In this document: piece by piece, positions 51,801 to 64,000 of the stretch | How the letters are laid out: each line of letters opens with the position of its first letter | Position numbering within the stretch: the first letter of the stretch is position 1 | Source of the DNA: Octopus vulgaris | Taxonomy: Eukaryota | Direction: 5' to 3' | DNA length: 64,000 bases | Assembly: GCA_951406725.2 (NCBI GenBank) | Contig: OX597818.1 | Location: forward strand, 85,250,001-85,314,000 | Program-made: the position numbers and the translations under genes | The notes under the pieces: generated by a model | What the model saw: only the letters and a program-made list of their open reading frames with translations | What the model was told of the DNA's origin: nothing | Databases searched by the model: none

Positions 51801-53873
51801 AGCGTCTTTCAAGAGGAACATGAAAATAAAAGGGTTAATTCTAGTTCCTTAAACTACAAATTAAGATGGCTAAAGATTGATCCATAAGAATGAATCTGGA
51901 CCCATTTAATTAACATTGCCAGTGGTGAAATTTGAACCAGTGAAACTAGCTTAACCTTTAGTGATCTACAAGGATGAATCTGAGCCCTTCTAAATAGCCA
52001 GCACACTGTCAGTGGTGAGATTTGAATCAGTGACTCTTCTATCAGATGATAAGCTTATATTGTCTGAACACTGCCATGTATCTTTAGTGACTCTGGTTCC
52101 ATTAATGATTTACTTTTATAACTAGCTTAACCTTTAGCATGCTGCTTTATAACATCACATTACGCAGATGACAATCACCTCCGCCAACAACAATGATGTC
52201 ATTGTTTCCTTCTCTATACTGCTGCAGTAGCTACAGTAGTGATGAATGCTTCAAATTTCATTTAGTCAATGACCCAGGTTAGTGACAGTGCTATAACATA
52301 ATAAAACAATACTGTGACCACAGTTACCTGCAGCATAGTAAAGGTCAAAATTTGAAGACCTGGTGAACTGTTCACCTTTAGTGTTTATGTTCACTTTAAA
52401 TCGGTTGTATTTATGAGAAATAAATTACTAGATATTTCTATTAAAGTGTCTGTCAGCAGAAAAGACTGTCATCAGTATAATAATATACTATATTGATTGG
52501 TGAGATACTAAAATGCTAACCCACCCCTTTCACAAGCTCAAAAGTCCTTAGGATTGGTAATTAATTCCACTCTCTAATAGCACTCCAGACTTGGCTATGT
52601 GGGTTGCTTCCTAACCACATGGTTTTGGGTTCAGTCCCAATGTGTATCTCCTCAGGCAAGTGTCTTTTACTATGGCTTTTTGACCAACTAAACACTTATG
52701 AGTGAGATTTGGTTAATAGAAACTGGATGAAGCCTTGTGTGTGTATGTATGTATGTATGTTTATGGTGTGTATGTGCTTGTATGGTATGTGTGTGTATGC
52801 ATATGAAGGGCATCCAGCTATAGAAAATTTACCTAAATAAGCTCCTACTGACTTACGCGAGCACAGAAAAGAGGATGTTAAAATGATCATTTTCATCATC
52901 ACCACCATCATCAGCATCATCATTTAATGTACATTCTCTATGCTGGTATGAGTTAGATAGTTTGACAGTAGCTGACCAGCTGAAGAACTGCCTGGCTCCA
53001 TTTGCCTGTTTTGGCATGGTTTCTATGGCTGGATGCCCTTCCTAATTCCAACCGCTCTACAGAATGTACTGGGTACTTTTTTTGTGGCACAGGCACTTTT
53101 ACATGGTACCAGCACATACACTATTATGTGACACTTGAACCGGCGCTTTTTTATGGCACTGACATGGACCCTTTTACCTGGTGCCAACACCCACAAGCCT
53201 GCAAAATTAGGATCTCTCAGCTGAGAGACAGATGTAGAGGACATGTCCATATGCATTGACAATCTTCATATATTTATATCTGTAATAATATTCTTTGGTA
53301 GTTTTATACAAGTTTCTACTGCACCATCTAATGCACTGGCATCTCCCTGAGGTTTGAGCAGCATTGTGTTATTTTTGTGGAATTTGGGTGACTGTAGACT
53401 CCTCTGGTCGGGGTGCTGCATCAGTTTTTGTTATGGGGGTCTAGTTTCTTGTTATATTAGTGTATGTGTTTTTATTTTATTATAATTATTATTTATACTG
53501 TTTTCCAAGCATCACCCAGAGATCTCAAATAAGAGCAAGTTGGATGTTTTACTGTGGGAGTTATTTAGGATTAACAACGATAAATTATTGAAGGAGACCA
53601 GATGCTAAGAGCTAAGATTGTTAAATTTGTAATATTTCATTCTGGGTTCAAATTTTGACAAAATTGACTTTGCCTTTCATATTTTCGGGGTCGATAAAGA
53701 AACATACCACTTGAGTACTAGGGTCGATGTAACTGACTACCCGCCTCCTCCAATTTCATGTCTTCTTCCAAAAGTAGAAAGAATTATTATTATTATTGTT
53801 GTTGTTGCTGTTTTAATTATTACAATAAAATAATTCATGAATCTTGATATTTCTTCTTTAAAATCTCTTGCAG

Positions 53874-54059
53874 AAACTCCAAATTGATGACAATTATTGT
53901 GGAACTTTAGATATCAACACACCAATAGCTGGGACTGTACCAGTGGAGGTTCCCTTTACACAGGATTTCCCTTCGATTATAGCTTCTGCTGTAGCTGTAT
54001 CGATAACTTATGATTACACTGTGGCTTTCATTGGAACTACCGTTGGCACCATCATCAAA
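53874..54059 (+). CDS. PlexA: Plexin-A, next coding exon (Sema domain continuation, 62 codons)
   Basis: Acceptor tctcttgcag| at 53873, donor AAA|GTAAGA at 54059/54060, phase 0-0. Translates KLQIDDNYCGTLDINTPIAGTVPVEVPFTQDFPSIIASAVAVSITYDYTVAFIGTTVGTIIK, matching the plexin-A IDDNFCG.D.N.P...VAFVGT..G..KK block, and joins in frame to ...LCQKT of the upstream exon. Confidence 0.92.
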
Positions 54060-54214
54060 GTAAGAACACATTTCCTCTATCTTCCTTTTTTTTATATCTA
54101 TATGTGTATAAAAATGGAAAAGCATAAATTTCACATCGTTCATACTTCATATTCAACAGCTGTTTCATTAAGGTAGACATCAATATTACATATGTAATTA
54201 TGTTTTTGTGACAC

Positions 54215-54665
54215 ATAAAATAAATCTTTAATTTGGTTTGTGCGCCTGTTCTCACTTGTGGTTGTAAATGTTGAATAATGACAGAAAGAGTACAATAATG
54301 AATACAAGTGACTAAAACAGGGTTCCTCAGAAGGTTCTCTGGAGTAACATTACTCAACATGGTACATAACTTAGGGATCAGGGAGTTTCTCCAGGTTGAG
54401 CCACTAGTCCTCTACATTGAGAGGCTACAGCACTGGTACTAAGGACATGTGATGAGAATATTGCAGGAAAGAATCGCAAGACACATTCTTCAAGATGAAC
54501 CAACCAGAAGACTTAATGGTGGACCAAAAGCGAGATGGCTGAATAATATCCATATTCTCAATTGGTCATGGCTCGGAAACCAATCAGAAAGTTTAATGAT
54601 GGATGCTTCTGATAGGACCCTATGTGGAAGGTGCCTGGGATCTTTGCCCCAACTACCCCAAGGAT
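54215..54665 (+). mobile_element. RTE-clade LINE 3' fragment (decayed ORF2 end)
   Basis: IFNLVCAPVLTCGCKC*IMTERVQ..GFLRRFSGVTL..IREFLQVEPLVLYIERLQHWY*GHVMRILQERIARHIL..GGPKARWLNNI: RTE C-terminal signature. Confidence 0.82.
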
Positions 54666-57464
54666 ACATACATATCAGCCAGTCCCATTTGGATTTTCTG
54701 TGTTCTAAAACTGTATTGAAGTTTTACAATCTGATATCCATTGAACTCTCCATTAGCATGGATTTATCTTTTGATGGTTACTCATCAATTCTTTCTCTCT
54801 TTCAATCTCTCTCCTTGTATATATATATATATATATATACACAATAAGATATTATAATGATAAATTAGTATATTATTATATATTAAATACATTATGATAT
54901 TGGTGGCTATAGCAATTAGAAACTAAAAAGGTAAAATAAATAAGGGGGCAAAACATCGCCTGCAATTGCTAGAAATTGGAACTAAAAAATATAACTCAAA
55001 TAGCCACACAAAATCACCAACCTCATGAGATGTTCAAGGACTGTGAGTGGCAGGCCACATCTTTCTCCAGTGAGATAAAAAACTCACAGAATGAAGTAGT
55101 TTAACAAAGCCATATATATATATATATGTGTGTGTATGTGTGTGTGTATATGGCTTCATTTTTTCCTATATCTTAAATTTAGTATATGTATAATTTTAAG
55201 TGACAGTCATATACATTAGTATATGTAAATTAAAATGGAGTGTTATATGTATTTAATTTTGAGTTGCTGTTGAACTAGTAAGGGATCCTCTATGTGGTCA
55301 ACCAGCCTACTAGAAATAGCTACTAAATTTCTTTGAATTACAATTCTTTCTTAAAAAGTATGTCAAACACATGAGACAATATCTAAAAAATGCTATTTCT
55401 GAAAGAAAATTTGAGATGGGCATGGCTTCTGAACACCTTTCAGCAGAGGTCTGGTGTCTGTTGGAAGAAGACAGAATCTGGGGCTAAACAAAAACAACAA
55501 CAAACATTCCTTCATTCTTTTTCCTGCTCTCTTTTTGTGATGAGTTGTTGTAACGTTCCTGGTGCAATAAATGGTGATACTGTTAACTCACTCTTACATA
55601 TATTTGATGCTCAAATAACTGGAACTCTAAAGTGACTAATACTGAGGAAAAAAAAAACAAAAAAAGAAAATCTGTTGTTGATTAGAGACAAGAGAATTCT
55701 TGCTAATTTGTGTTAATTAATTGCCATTAAAAGAAAGTTTCTACTCTATCTAAAATGGATCGTTGCTTCTCAAAGTACTGTGCAATATTTTATTTTACTG
55801 CATTTACAGTATTTTATTAGGTTAATAAAACTTGCTCTTTACTTAAATTATATTTTCCTTTTTCTCTCATTTCTACTACATTCAGAATATTAATGGTAAT
55901 AACTGATGTATATAGAGAGTTTTAATGAGTTTTGTAAGGACCTATGATAATTTAAGATGTGATGACCAGATATACGGAATATTCAGTTGTTCAGGTACAG
56001 GCATGGCTGTGTGGTTAAGCTCGCTCTCCAACTGTGAGTTTTCAGGTTCAGTCCCATTACACAGCCTCTTGGGCAAGTATCTTCTACTATAGTCCTGGGT
56101 TGTGGGCAAATTTTGTTGACAGAAACTGTATAAAAGGCTGTCATGTATGTGTGTGTGTAGCTTAGGGATTAGAGTATTTGGCTTATAATCAAAAGGTCAT
56201 GAGTTCAATTCCCAGCAATATGTTGTGTCCTTGAGCAAGACACTTTACTTCATGTTGCTCCAGTCCACTTATCTGGCAAAAATGAGTAGTAACCCTATTT
56301 CAGAGGGCCAGCTTGGTCACATTCTGTATCATACCTAATCTCCATGTGAACTACATTAAGGGTACACATGTTTGTGGAGTGCTTAGTCACTTTCATGTTA
56401 ATTTCACGAGCAGGCTGTTCCATTGATCAGATGAACTGGAACTCTCAATGTCATAAGTGATGAAAACTCATATACATATATATATATATATATAGACAAG
56501 GCATAAATAATGGTTATTACATATTTCTTTATTGCAGTAGATTTGATTTTCAGCTGTTTCCAGTAGTCATTATAGGTTCATTAATGATTGATTTACTCAA
56601 GTCCCATTGATCAGTTGAGAAAAATTGAACAACCTAGAGAATTAATGGTGTTTTCATCGTATGTGGTGTGTCTTTGTGTTGTGCTCCCCACCACAACCAC
56701 CACTATTTGATAAACAGGTCTTTCACTATAGCCCCTGTGCCACACAGTACAACTGAACCTGAGACCTTGTGCTTGGGAAGCAAACTTCTTACCACACTGC
56801 CTCACCAATGCCTTGTTATAGAAATGAATAAGATTTGTGTCGCTGTTGTGTTTGAATCGGCTTTTGTGCTCATGTAATGTATGTGTGTGAAGCTGCTTGA
56901 AATACGATTTTGCACGCTAAATAAAGATCTTCAAACAAAATACTTGATGCCCGTGGTTTCAATAACCAATTCTTCTTTTCCATGCAAAAAGGAACACCTG
57001 GAACATCTGTTCTTTTTTCTTAAAAGTTCCACTAACCTTATCTCGTCAATGACACCAAATGGAAATTGCAAATGTTAGAATGGGCGAGGGGAATAAAGAA
57101 GGGAGGGAGCAGGAAAACAAAAGTCTGGGGGTTGAGTGGTATAACCTGGTTGAACCAAAGAGTTCAACAGAAGTGTTTTTATTCATTTATCTATTATGTT
57201 TTCTAAATTACTTGAAGATTTGAAGATACAGCAAGCATTAAGGTTATGTTAATGTGGTGTTGTACTAAAACACTATGTGATGAACAAGGTCATGTTGATG
57301 GTAGTATTAGTGGTTGTAGTGAGTGTAATGATGATAGTGAAATGGGGGAGGTGGGAAAAGACGGTTGATTAGGGGCTTTGGTGGATTTTTTTTAAATATG
57401 AGATTTACTCTAATTTACTTGAAACCTATATCCCCCCCCCACACACACTAGACATAACACCTAT

Positions 57465-57835
57465 AATCATCACCACCATCGTCACCATGATCACCATCAT
57501 CATCACCACCATTGTCACCATGATCATCATCACCACCATTGTCACCTTGATCATCACCACCATTGTCACCATGATCATCATCTTCATCACCATCATCACC
57601 ACCACCATTATCACCACCATCATCATCATCACCACCACCATCATTACCACCACCATCATCAACACCACTATTACCACCATCACAACCATCCACCACCATC
57701 ATCACCACCACCATCATCATCACCACCACCACCACCACCATCATCATTATCATTACCACTATCACCACCATCACAACCATCCACCACCACCATCCATCAG
57801 CATCACCACCACCACCATCATCATCATTGTCATGA
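57465..57835. repeat. (CAC/CAT)n trinucleotide tract
   Basis: Source of the poly-His/Val/Gly-Asp ORFs; similar tract at 58210-58440. Confidence 0.9.
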
Positions 57836-58115
57836 TTGTCTCAAAAAGAATGTGGGAAATAAAAGTAAGAACAAAAAAGACTAATGTTATTTTGGGAAGA
57901 TAGAAAAAATGTTTTTGTTGCTTTGTTTTTTTTCTGTTTTTGAGAAATGGTGATTTCTCTCTCTCTTTCTCTCTCCCTCCTGTAGTTCTCATGTGTATCA
58001 TTATTATCGTAGTCTTTGGCACCATTACTTTACCATTTTTATCTACACCATCAGTTATTGCTGTAGTCATTGTTGGCGTCATTTGTATTGGCCCGTCACC
58101 ATTTTTAACCATTAC

Positions 58116-58151
<36 letters not shown>

Positions 58152-60112
58152 GTGTCATCCTTACTAACGATGATTGGTACCACCTTCATTCCTATCTATC
58201 GTAACTGTTATGACCAGTCACCATCACTCTCCCCATCACCATTACCATTTCCACCACCATCACTATCATCACTATCTACACCACCGTTCTCATCATTATT
58301 ACCACCACCCTCATCACCATTGCCACCATCATCATCATTGCCATCACCATCATCATCATTGCCACCACCACCATCACTGTCATCATCGCCACCATCATCA
58401 ACACCATCATTATCACCATCATCACTTATCACCATCACCATAATGAAAGATATTGCTATAATGATTGTCTTCACCCTCATAGTCCTTGTCTTCATCACTG
58501 CCATACCAAACATTTCTGACAGCCATCTTGGAATAGTTATTGCTGTGTCCTGTCTCTGTTCTGTTTTGCAGTGCCCATTTATAGTTTAGCTGCTGTCAAC
58601 TTCCTTCTTACTACCAACCCTGATATCCCCAAACTCCTTGCCATCCTTTTCCACTCAGGTCATCATTTTTTTTTTCCCAAGACTGCAGGTGTCTGGAAAC
58701 TGTTTCTTCTCTGTCTGTCTGTCTGTCTGTCTGTCTCTCACTCTCTATTTGTAAGACTTTCTTTTTTTGTCTCTGCCTTCCTCTCTTTCTCCCCCCCCCC
58801 CCGTCCTATAACTAGGTGCGAGTTAACATTGCTTATATACATACTATGAATATTTGTGCGTGTGTCTGTCTACATGTGTGTATGAATGAATATTCTTTAC
58901 TTACTATCTGACTACAAATCTTATAAATTGTATTTTCTTTTCCACACTTGTATATTTTTGTTTATTCACTTCCTTTCTTACTTTTTTTTCTGTCTTAACC
59001 TTTGACTTGGTAGCTATAGCTGTAATGACCTGAATGGTTTAAGAAACAAAATGTTTCTCTTAAATAAAAACTTGAGCTAGATTGGGTTTATAATCTAGTT
59101 CTCATATTATAGGATTTCATTGTCTATGCTCAAATATATGTATGTTTGTGTGTCATTGTATATATATATACACACACGATCTACTTTTATGAAATAAAGA
59201 CATCAAATTGAGAATTTTAGCTGGTCCATCCTATTTCTTATCTTCCTTTTTCATTTGATGGATGGGTCTCTTTACTCTTGCCAGTTACAAAGTGACTTCA
59301 CTAATACTGATACAATAAAAAACAAAAATAAACAGGTATTGGTATGGCTGTATGGTTGAGAGACGAGAAGAGAAAAGCTAGCGCCCCAATCATGAGGTCG
59401 TGGGCTCAGTCTTACTGTTTGGTACCTTGAGCAAATGTTTTCTACTATAGCCCTGGGTTGACCAAAATCTTGTCAGTGACTATAGTAGATGGGAACTGAA
59501 AGAAGCCTGTTGTGTGTGTGTGTGTGTACATATATATATCTGAAATATGTAAAGGTTACTTAACTTACCCTTTTCACATTGTTAGAAGCTCTCCTTCATT
59601 ATTTGCTCTCCCTGCTTCTCAGGTATTTTAACACCTAGTGTTTTGAGAGAGTAATCTTCACCACACCAAACTGCAGCCTACTGGGAAATACATATATATG
59701 TGGTCAATAATGTGTGTGTGTGTGTGATGAGCTTCTTTCAGTTTGGGGCTGAACCAAGTGAGATTGAACTAAAGACAACATGGTTGGGAAGCAAACTTCT
59801 TATCCACACAACCATGGTTCTTTATTAATCCATACAGATGCGAGGCAAAAATTAACCTTGGCTGAATCTGAACTTAGAACCTAAAGATATGCAGCTAAAC
59901 ACTGCAAGGCATTTTTGTCCCATGTAGCAATAATAGATTTCTTGTATTGTTTGTGAATGATTTATTTTATTTTTGCAATCTGTTTAAGACAGGTTTGTCT
60001 TTGTTATCTTCAAGGGTAGCTAGGCATTCTTGATTCATTGAGAGGTGATGAATCATGGGTGTGGGGTTGGACAGACCAAGGAAACTGAAATTGAGATAAA
60101 GCTTGTCCTCTT

Positions 60113-60145
<33 letters not shown>

Positions 60146-61671
60146 GTGACACGGATGACACAATGACAATTACAACAGAACAACAGTAGCAGCAGCAGCA
60201 ATAACAACACCAGGCATTCTTCCTTTTATTTTCTTTTAAAACTTTATTATTGTTATGTACAAGATACTTCAATCTCAATTTCATTGTTCATAGCTTGGGT
60301 CTAAACCACCCAGACGCATGCACACACACATACACACACTCATACATAGCCAACATTGTTTAGCTATATGGTGGTGGTGGTGGTTGCGGTGGCTGGAGGT
60401 AAACATGTTATCAACAACCAATGAGGGTAATGGTGGCAGTAATAAAATCAGCCTTAGTAGCAGTGGTCGTGGTGTTAATAGCTATGGTGGTGGTGATGAT
60501 GGTAGTGACTAGGATTACCATAGTAGGAAAGGAGCAAGACAGTGGAGGCAAGGGTAGTGGTAGTGTGGGGAGGATGGTAAATGCTCAGGTTTGCTTTAGA
60601 AATGGGTCCAAAACTAACTGAGAAAGACACACACACACACACACAAGCAAAGACAGATCCTACGATGCCCCGCCAACGGCTCCACATCCATGCACATGCA
60701 TGAACCCTAACCCTTACCTCCCTTCTCTTGCTACATGCATACAAAAAAATAGCTGTGAGAGGCAATATTAGGTGTTAAGGTATTTGCTTAGGCTTCATTT
60801 AGAGAAAGAAACACAGAGCAGAATCAGTTTCTGGTAAAACAGCCTTGGGTCTTCTTGCTGCTGCTGCTCCAACAATAATAATGATATTAATATGCTAAAT
60901 AATAATAATAATAATAATGATGATGAATGATGATAATAATGCCTGCAATGATGTTAATGATAATAATAGGTGTGGCAACAACGATAGAAATAATGCCAAT
61001 AGTGATAATGATGATACTAGAAATAATAATAATATTACTACTGCTACTATTACTATTACCACTAATAATAATAATAATAATAATGATATATGATGATGAT
61101 GATGATGATGATGATAATGGTATGTGTGTGGTGAATTGAGAGGAATTTAGAGAGGGAGAACAAAGAAAGAAAAAGAGAAAGAAGTTGATTGTCTTACTCA
61201 AAATCAGATATGTGTTTATAGCCAGAATTGAGTTTTGTGTTGTCACTTCTGTATTTATTATTATGTCTTCTGGCTCAGCTTTCCTCCAAGTATTTCCACC
61301 CAGTTTTCTTTTTTTTTGGGGGGGGGAGTTTCTTTTCTTCAGTCCTACTCAACTAACTATATTTCCACACCCACACGATAACCCTTTCTTTTTCTTTTAA
61401 TTTTTGCCCCATACGGTATGGAATGGAATCAGTGAAGTTCTTCTTTGGTGTACTTCTTTTGGGTTAGGGGTGAGTGGATGTGAATCAGTGAGAAATGTTC
61501 TAGTTTGCTGGTGGTCACTTTCGTGAAAGGTAACCCAGTACCACTTTAACATGTGATACGTGGCACATTGTGCACCTGCACAGGTATGCAGTGTTCCACA
61601 CTTCGGGTGCCAAAGTGATTGCAGAGCAATGTGGCCATGTGTATATGGATATGTGCATATGTACATATATG

Positions 61672-61679
<8 letters not shown>

Positions 61680-61714
<35 letters not shown>

Positions 61715-61951
61715 TGTATGTGTATATATATATATACATATATATATATACTGTATGTGTATATATATATATACATATATATATATACTGTATGTGTATA
61801 TATATATATACATATATATATATACTGTATGTGTATATATATATATACATATATATATATACTGTATGTGTATATATATATATATACATATATATATATA
61901 CTGTATGTGTATATATATATATATACATATATATATATACTGTATGTTATA

Positions 61952-61983
<32 letters not shown>

Positions 61984-62015
61984 CTGTATGTGTATATATA
62001 TATGTGTGTATATAT
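61680..62015. repeat. Compound (TA)n minisatellite with ~36-38-bp unit
   Basis: Unit (ta)n-ca-(ta)n-ctgtatgtg repeated about 8 times. Confidence 0.88.
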
Positions 62016-62132
62016 ATAACGGGAAGCTTTATGAAAATAGACAAAAGACGAAGGCAGGTGGAAAACAAACAAACAATTGTATTAGTATGGCGCTCAGGAA
62101 ATATAAATAAAACAAGTCTTTAACGTTTACTG

Positions 62133-62200
<68 letters not shown>

Positions 62201-62205
<5 letters not shown>

Positions 62206-62618
62206 AGTAATGAGAGAGAGTCCACATGTGGTCACTCTAACGCTAGATATAGATCCATGAAGGGAATCCACCACTAAAGAATTGTTCTCAAGAATTAGTT
62301 CAATGCACCAAGAATGTAAGTGAGCAGGACAAATGAAAAGTAACGAATAAAAAATAGATTAACTCTATACAATTGTTTCACCGTTAATAGATTGTGTAAT
62401 TTTACTTACATAATCATTTTCAGATCTTCAGTAGAGTATATCAAAAATATAATATAATTTGCTGAGTCAAACGCCAACATTAGAGTGACCACATGTGGAC
62501 TCTCTCTCATTACTTGTATTAATAATTTTTACTGTATCCCAGTTTTTATACACTAGGCCACTTGGTGTTTTAAATTGATGCTATTAATTAATATTCAATT
62601 TTTTCACCCTTATTGTGA

Positions 62619-62625
<7 letters not shown>
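62201..62625. mobile_element. Hammerhead-containing element with perfect 40-bp inverted repeat, inserted in (TA)n
   Basis: 62201-62240 is the exact reverse complement of 62480-62519; (TA)n lies on both sides. Confidence 0.72.
62362..62437 (-). ncRNA. Type-I hammerhead ribozyme motif with extended stem II
   Basis: Minus strand: ACTCTA CTGAAGA [tctg..gattatgtaa gtaaaa ttacacaatc..cggt] GAAA caattg TA TAGAGT. Perfect 6-bp stem I, palindromic ACAATTGT stem III, GUA triplet. Confidence 0.72.
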
Positions 62626-62674
<49 letters not shown>

Positions 62675-62949
62675 TATACAGCAGGCTTCCACACAGTTTC
62701 CATTGACCAAATTCACTTACAGGGCATTGGTTAGCCCAGAGTTGTAGTAGAAAACATTTGCAAGGTACTGCTCAGTGGAACTGATCCCCAAAACTCGTAG
62801 TTGCAAAGCAAGCTTCTTTACCATACGGCCATATCTGCATCTGACATTCTATTGGTCTGTTTTTTTTCCTCATTTGCAGAGGCTTAGGACCAGTCCTCCT
62901 CATTTCATTCTCTCTCCCTCTCTTTCTTTCTCTCTCTCTCTCTCTCTCA

Positions 62950-62994
<45 letters not shown>

Positions 62995-63681
62995 GCTCTT
63001 GTCCAATTTTATTTTCAGTCCTGTCTCTCTCACTGCATCTCAGTCCTTAATCAAATTAGCTTAATACTTGCTCTTGTTTCATTTTGGTGATTATGATGAC
63101 AATCATGATGATGTCTTATCTTTTCAATTATGTCATCAGTTATCCTCTTATCTCTGTTATTATTATTATCATTATCATTATTTTCATTAATCATTGTGAG
63201 ATATTAGATGAGAAAAGGAAAAAAACAAAAGTTTATTTCCTTATTCTAGTCTGTGGCGTTTTTGTTCAATATTGTTATTATTATCATTGTTGTTGTTATT
63301 TTTGTTGTCATTACAATTAGTGAGACAGTGACAAATTGTTCAAACAACTTATCCATTGTGATGAATGAGGATAGAGAATAAAATTACATTACATGGGTTG
63401 GGAGTAGGGGTGCATAACAACACTAGGTACTGCTGGTGATTGGTGTTTAAAGAAGGGATCTGGTCTCATATACTTTCATAGTATCTAAACCCACCTCCCT
63501 GCTTTTATAGGATTTGAAAAGATTAAAGTTGATCAAAATTGGACTAAGCCTTTTTTTGCATTAGTATTTAGTTTCATCCCTCTTGGTTACTCGACATAAT
63601 CCCTCTATAGTAATATATTACAGGATTGAGTTTAACTGATTATACTAATTCCTTCATAAATCTGTCTGTCTGTCCGTCCAT

Positions 63682-63773
<92 letters not shown>

Positions 63774-64000
63774 ATATATAAATAGATAAAAAATGGAAGA
63801 TGGACAAGCAAAGCAATTGGTGTTACTCAAGGATATTGACTTCATAATAAAGAGTTTAAATTAAGCATAGAACAGTTGTGGTAGATATGGCTGTGTGGTA
63901 AAAAGCTTGCTTCCCAACCACATGGTTCTAGGTTCAGTCCAATTGTGTGGCACTTTGAGCAAGTATCTTCTACTATAGCCACAGGCCAACCAAAGCCTTG

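Larger units (their letters stand above)
9505..53873 (+). other. Plexin-A intron (44,369 bp, GT-AG, phase 0)
   Basis: Bounded by the donor and acceptor above. The spliced protein runs on without an obvious gap relative to plexin-A, so no constitutive exon appears to be missing. Confidence 0.85.

Noticed and set aside
53280-53570. Possible 3' end of a restriction-like-endonuclease LINE (also about 54900-55080)
   Set aside because: Resemblance is weak and from memory; too decayed to support.
54449-54847. 132-aa ORF as a host gene or plexin exon
   Set aside because: Its N-terminal half is the RTE ORF2 C-terminus, and the rest runs into non-coding sequence.
57426-58589. His-, Pro/Ser- and Gly/Asp-rich ORFs
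   Set aside because: Open in several frames on both strands because of (CAC/CAT)n repeats; no splice or domain support.

Overview
AT-rich, microsatellite- and SINE-dense animal genomic DNA. The SINE repertoire looks like a coleoid cephalopod, probably Octopus (inference from recognition, not a database hit). The only protein-coding gene supported is a Plexin-A on the + strand. Its large first coding exon (8361-9504: signal peptide plus most of the Sema domain) is joined in phase 0 across a 44.4-kb intron to a 186-bp exon (53874-54059), and the gene continues beyond the window. The rest is mostly intronic repeat: several tRNA-derived and RTE-tail SINE families, RTE LINE fragments, a full-length decayed DD37D (maT-type) Tc1/mariner, mariner/piggyBac/hAT/pogo-type MITEs (several nested), a non-autonomous Helitron, minisatellites and microsatellites. 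The least expected signal is a set of at least five short elements carrying minimal type-I hammerhead ribozyme motifs with palindromic stem III (Penelope/retrozyme type), three of them in fold-back arrangements. The big plexin exon is also a plausible back-splicing (circRNA) substrate. Most short ORFs in the track are translations of simple repeats.
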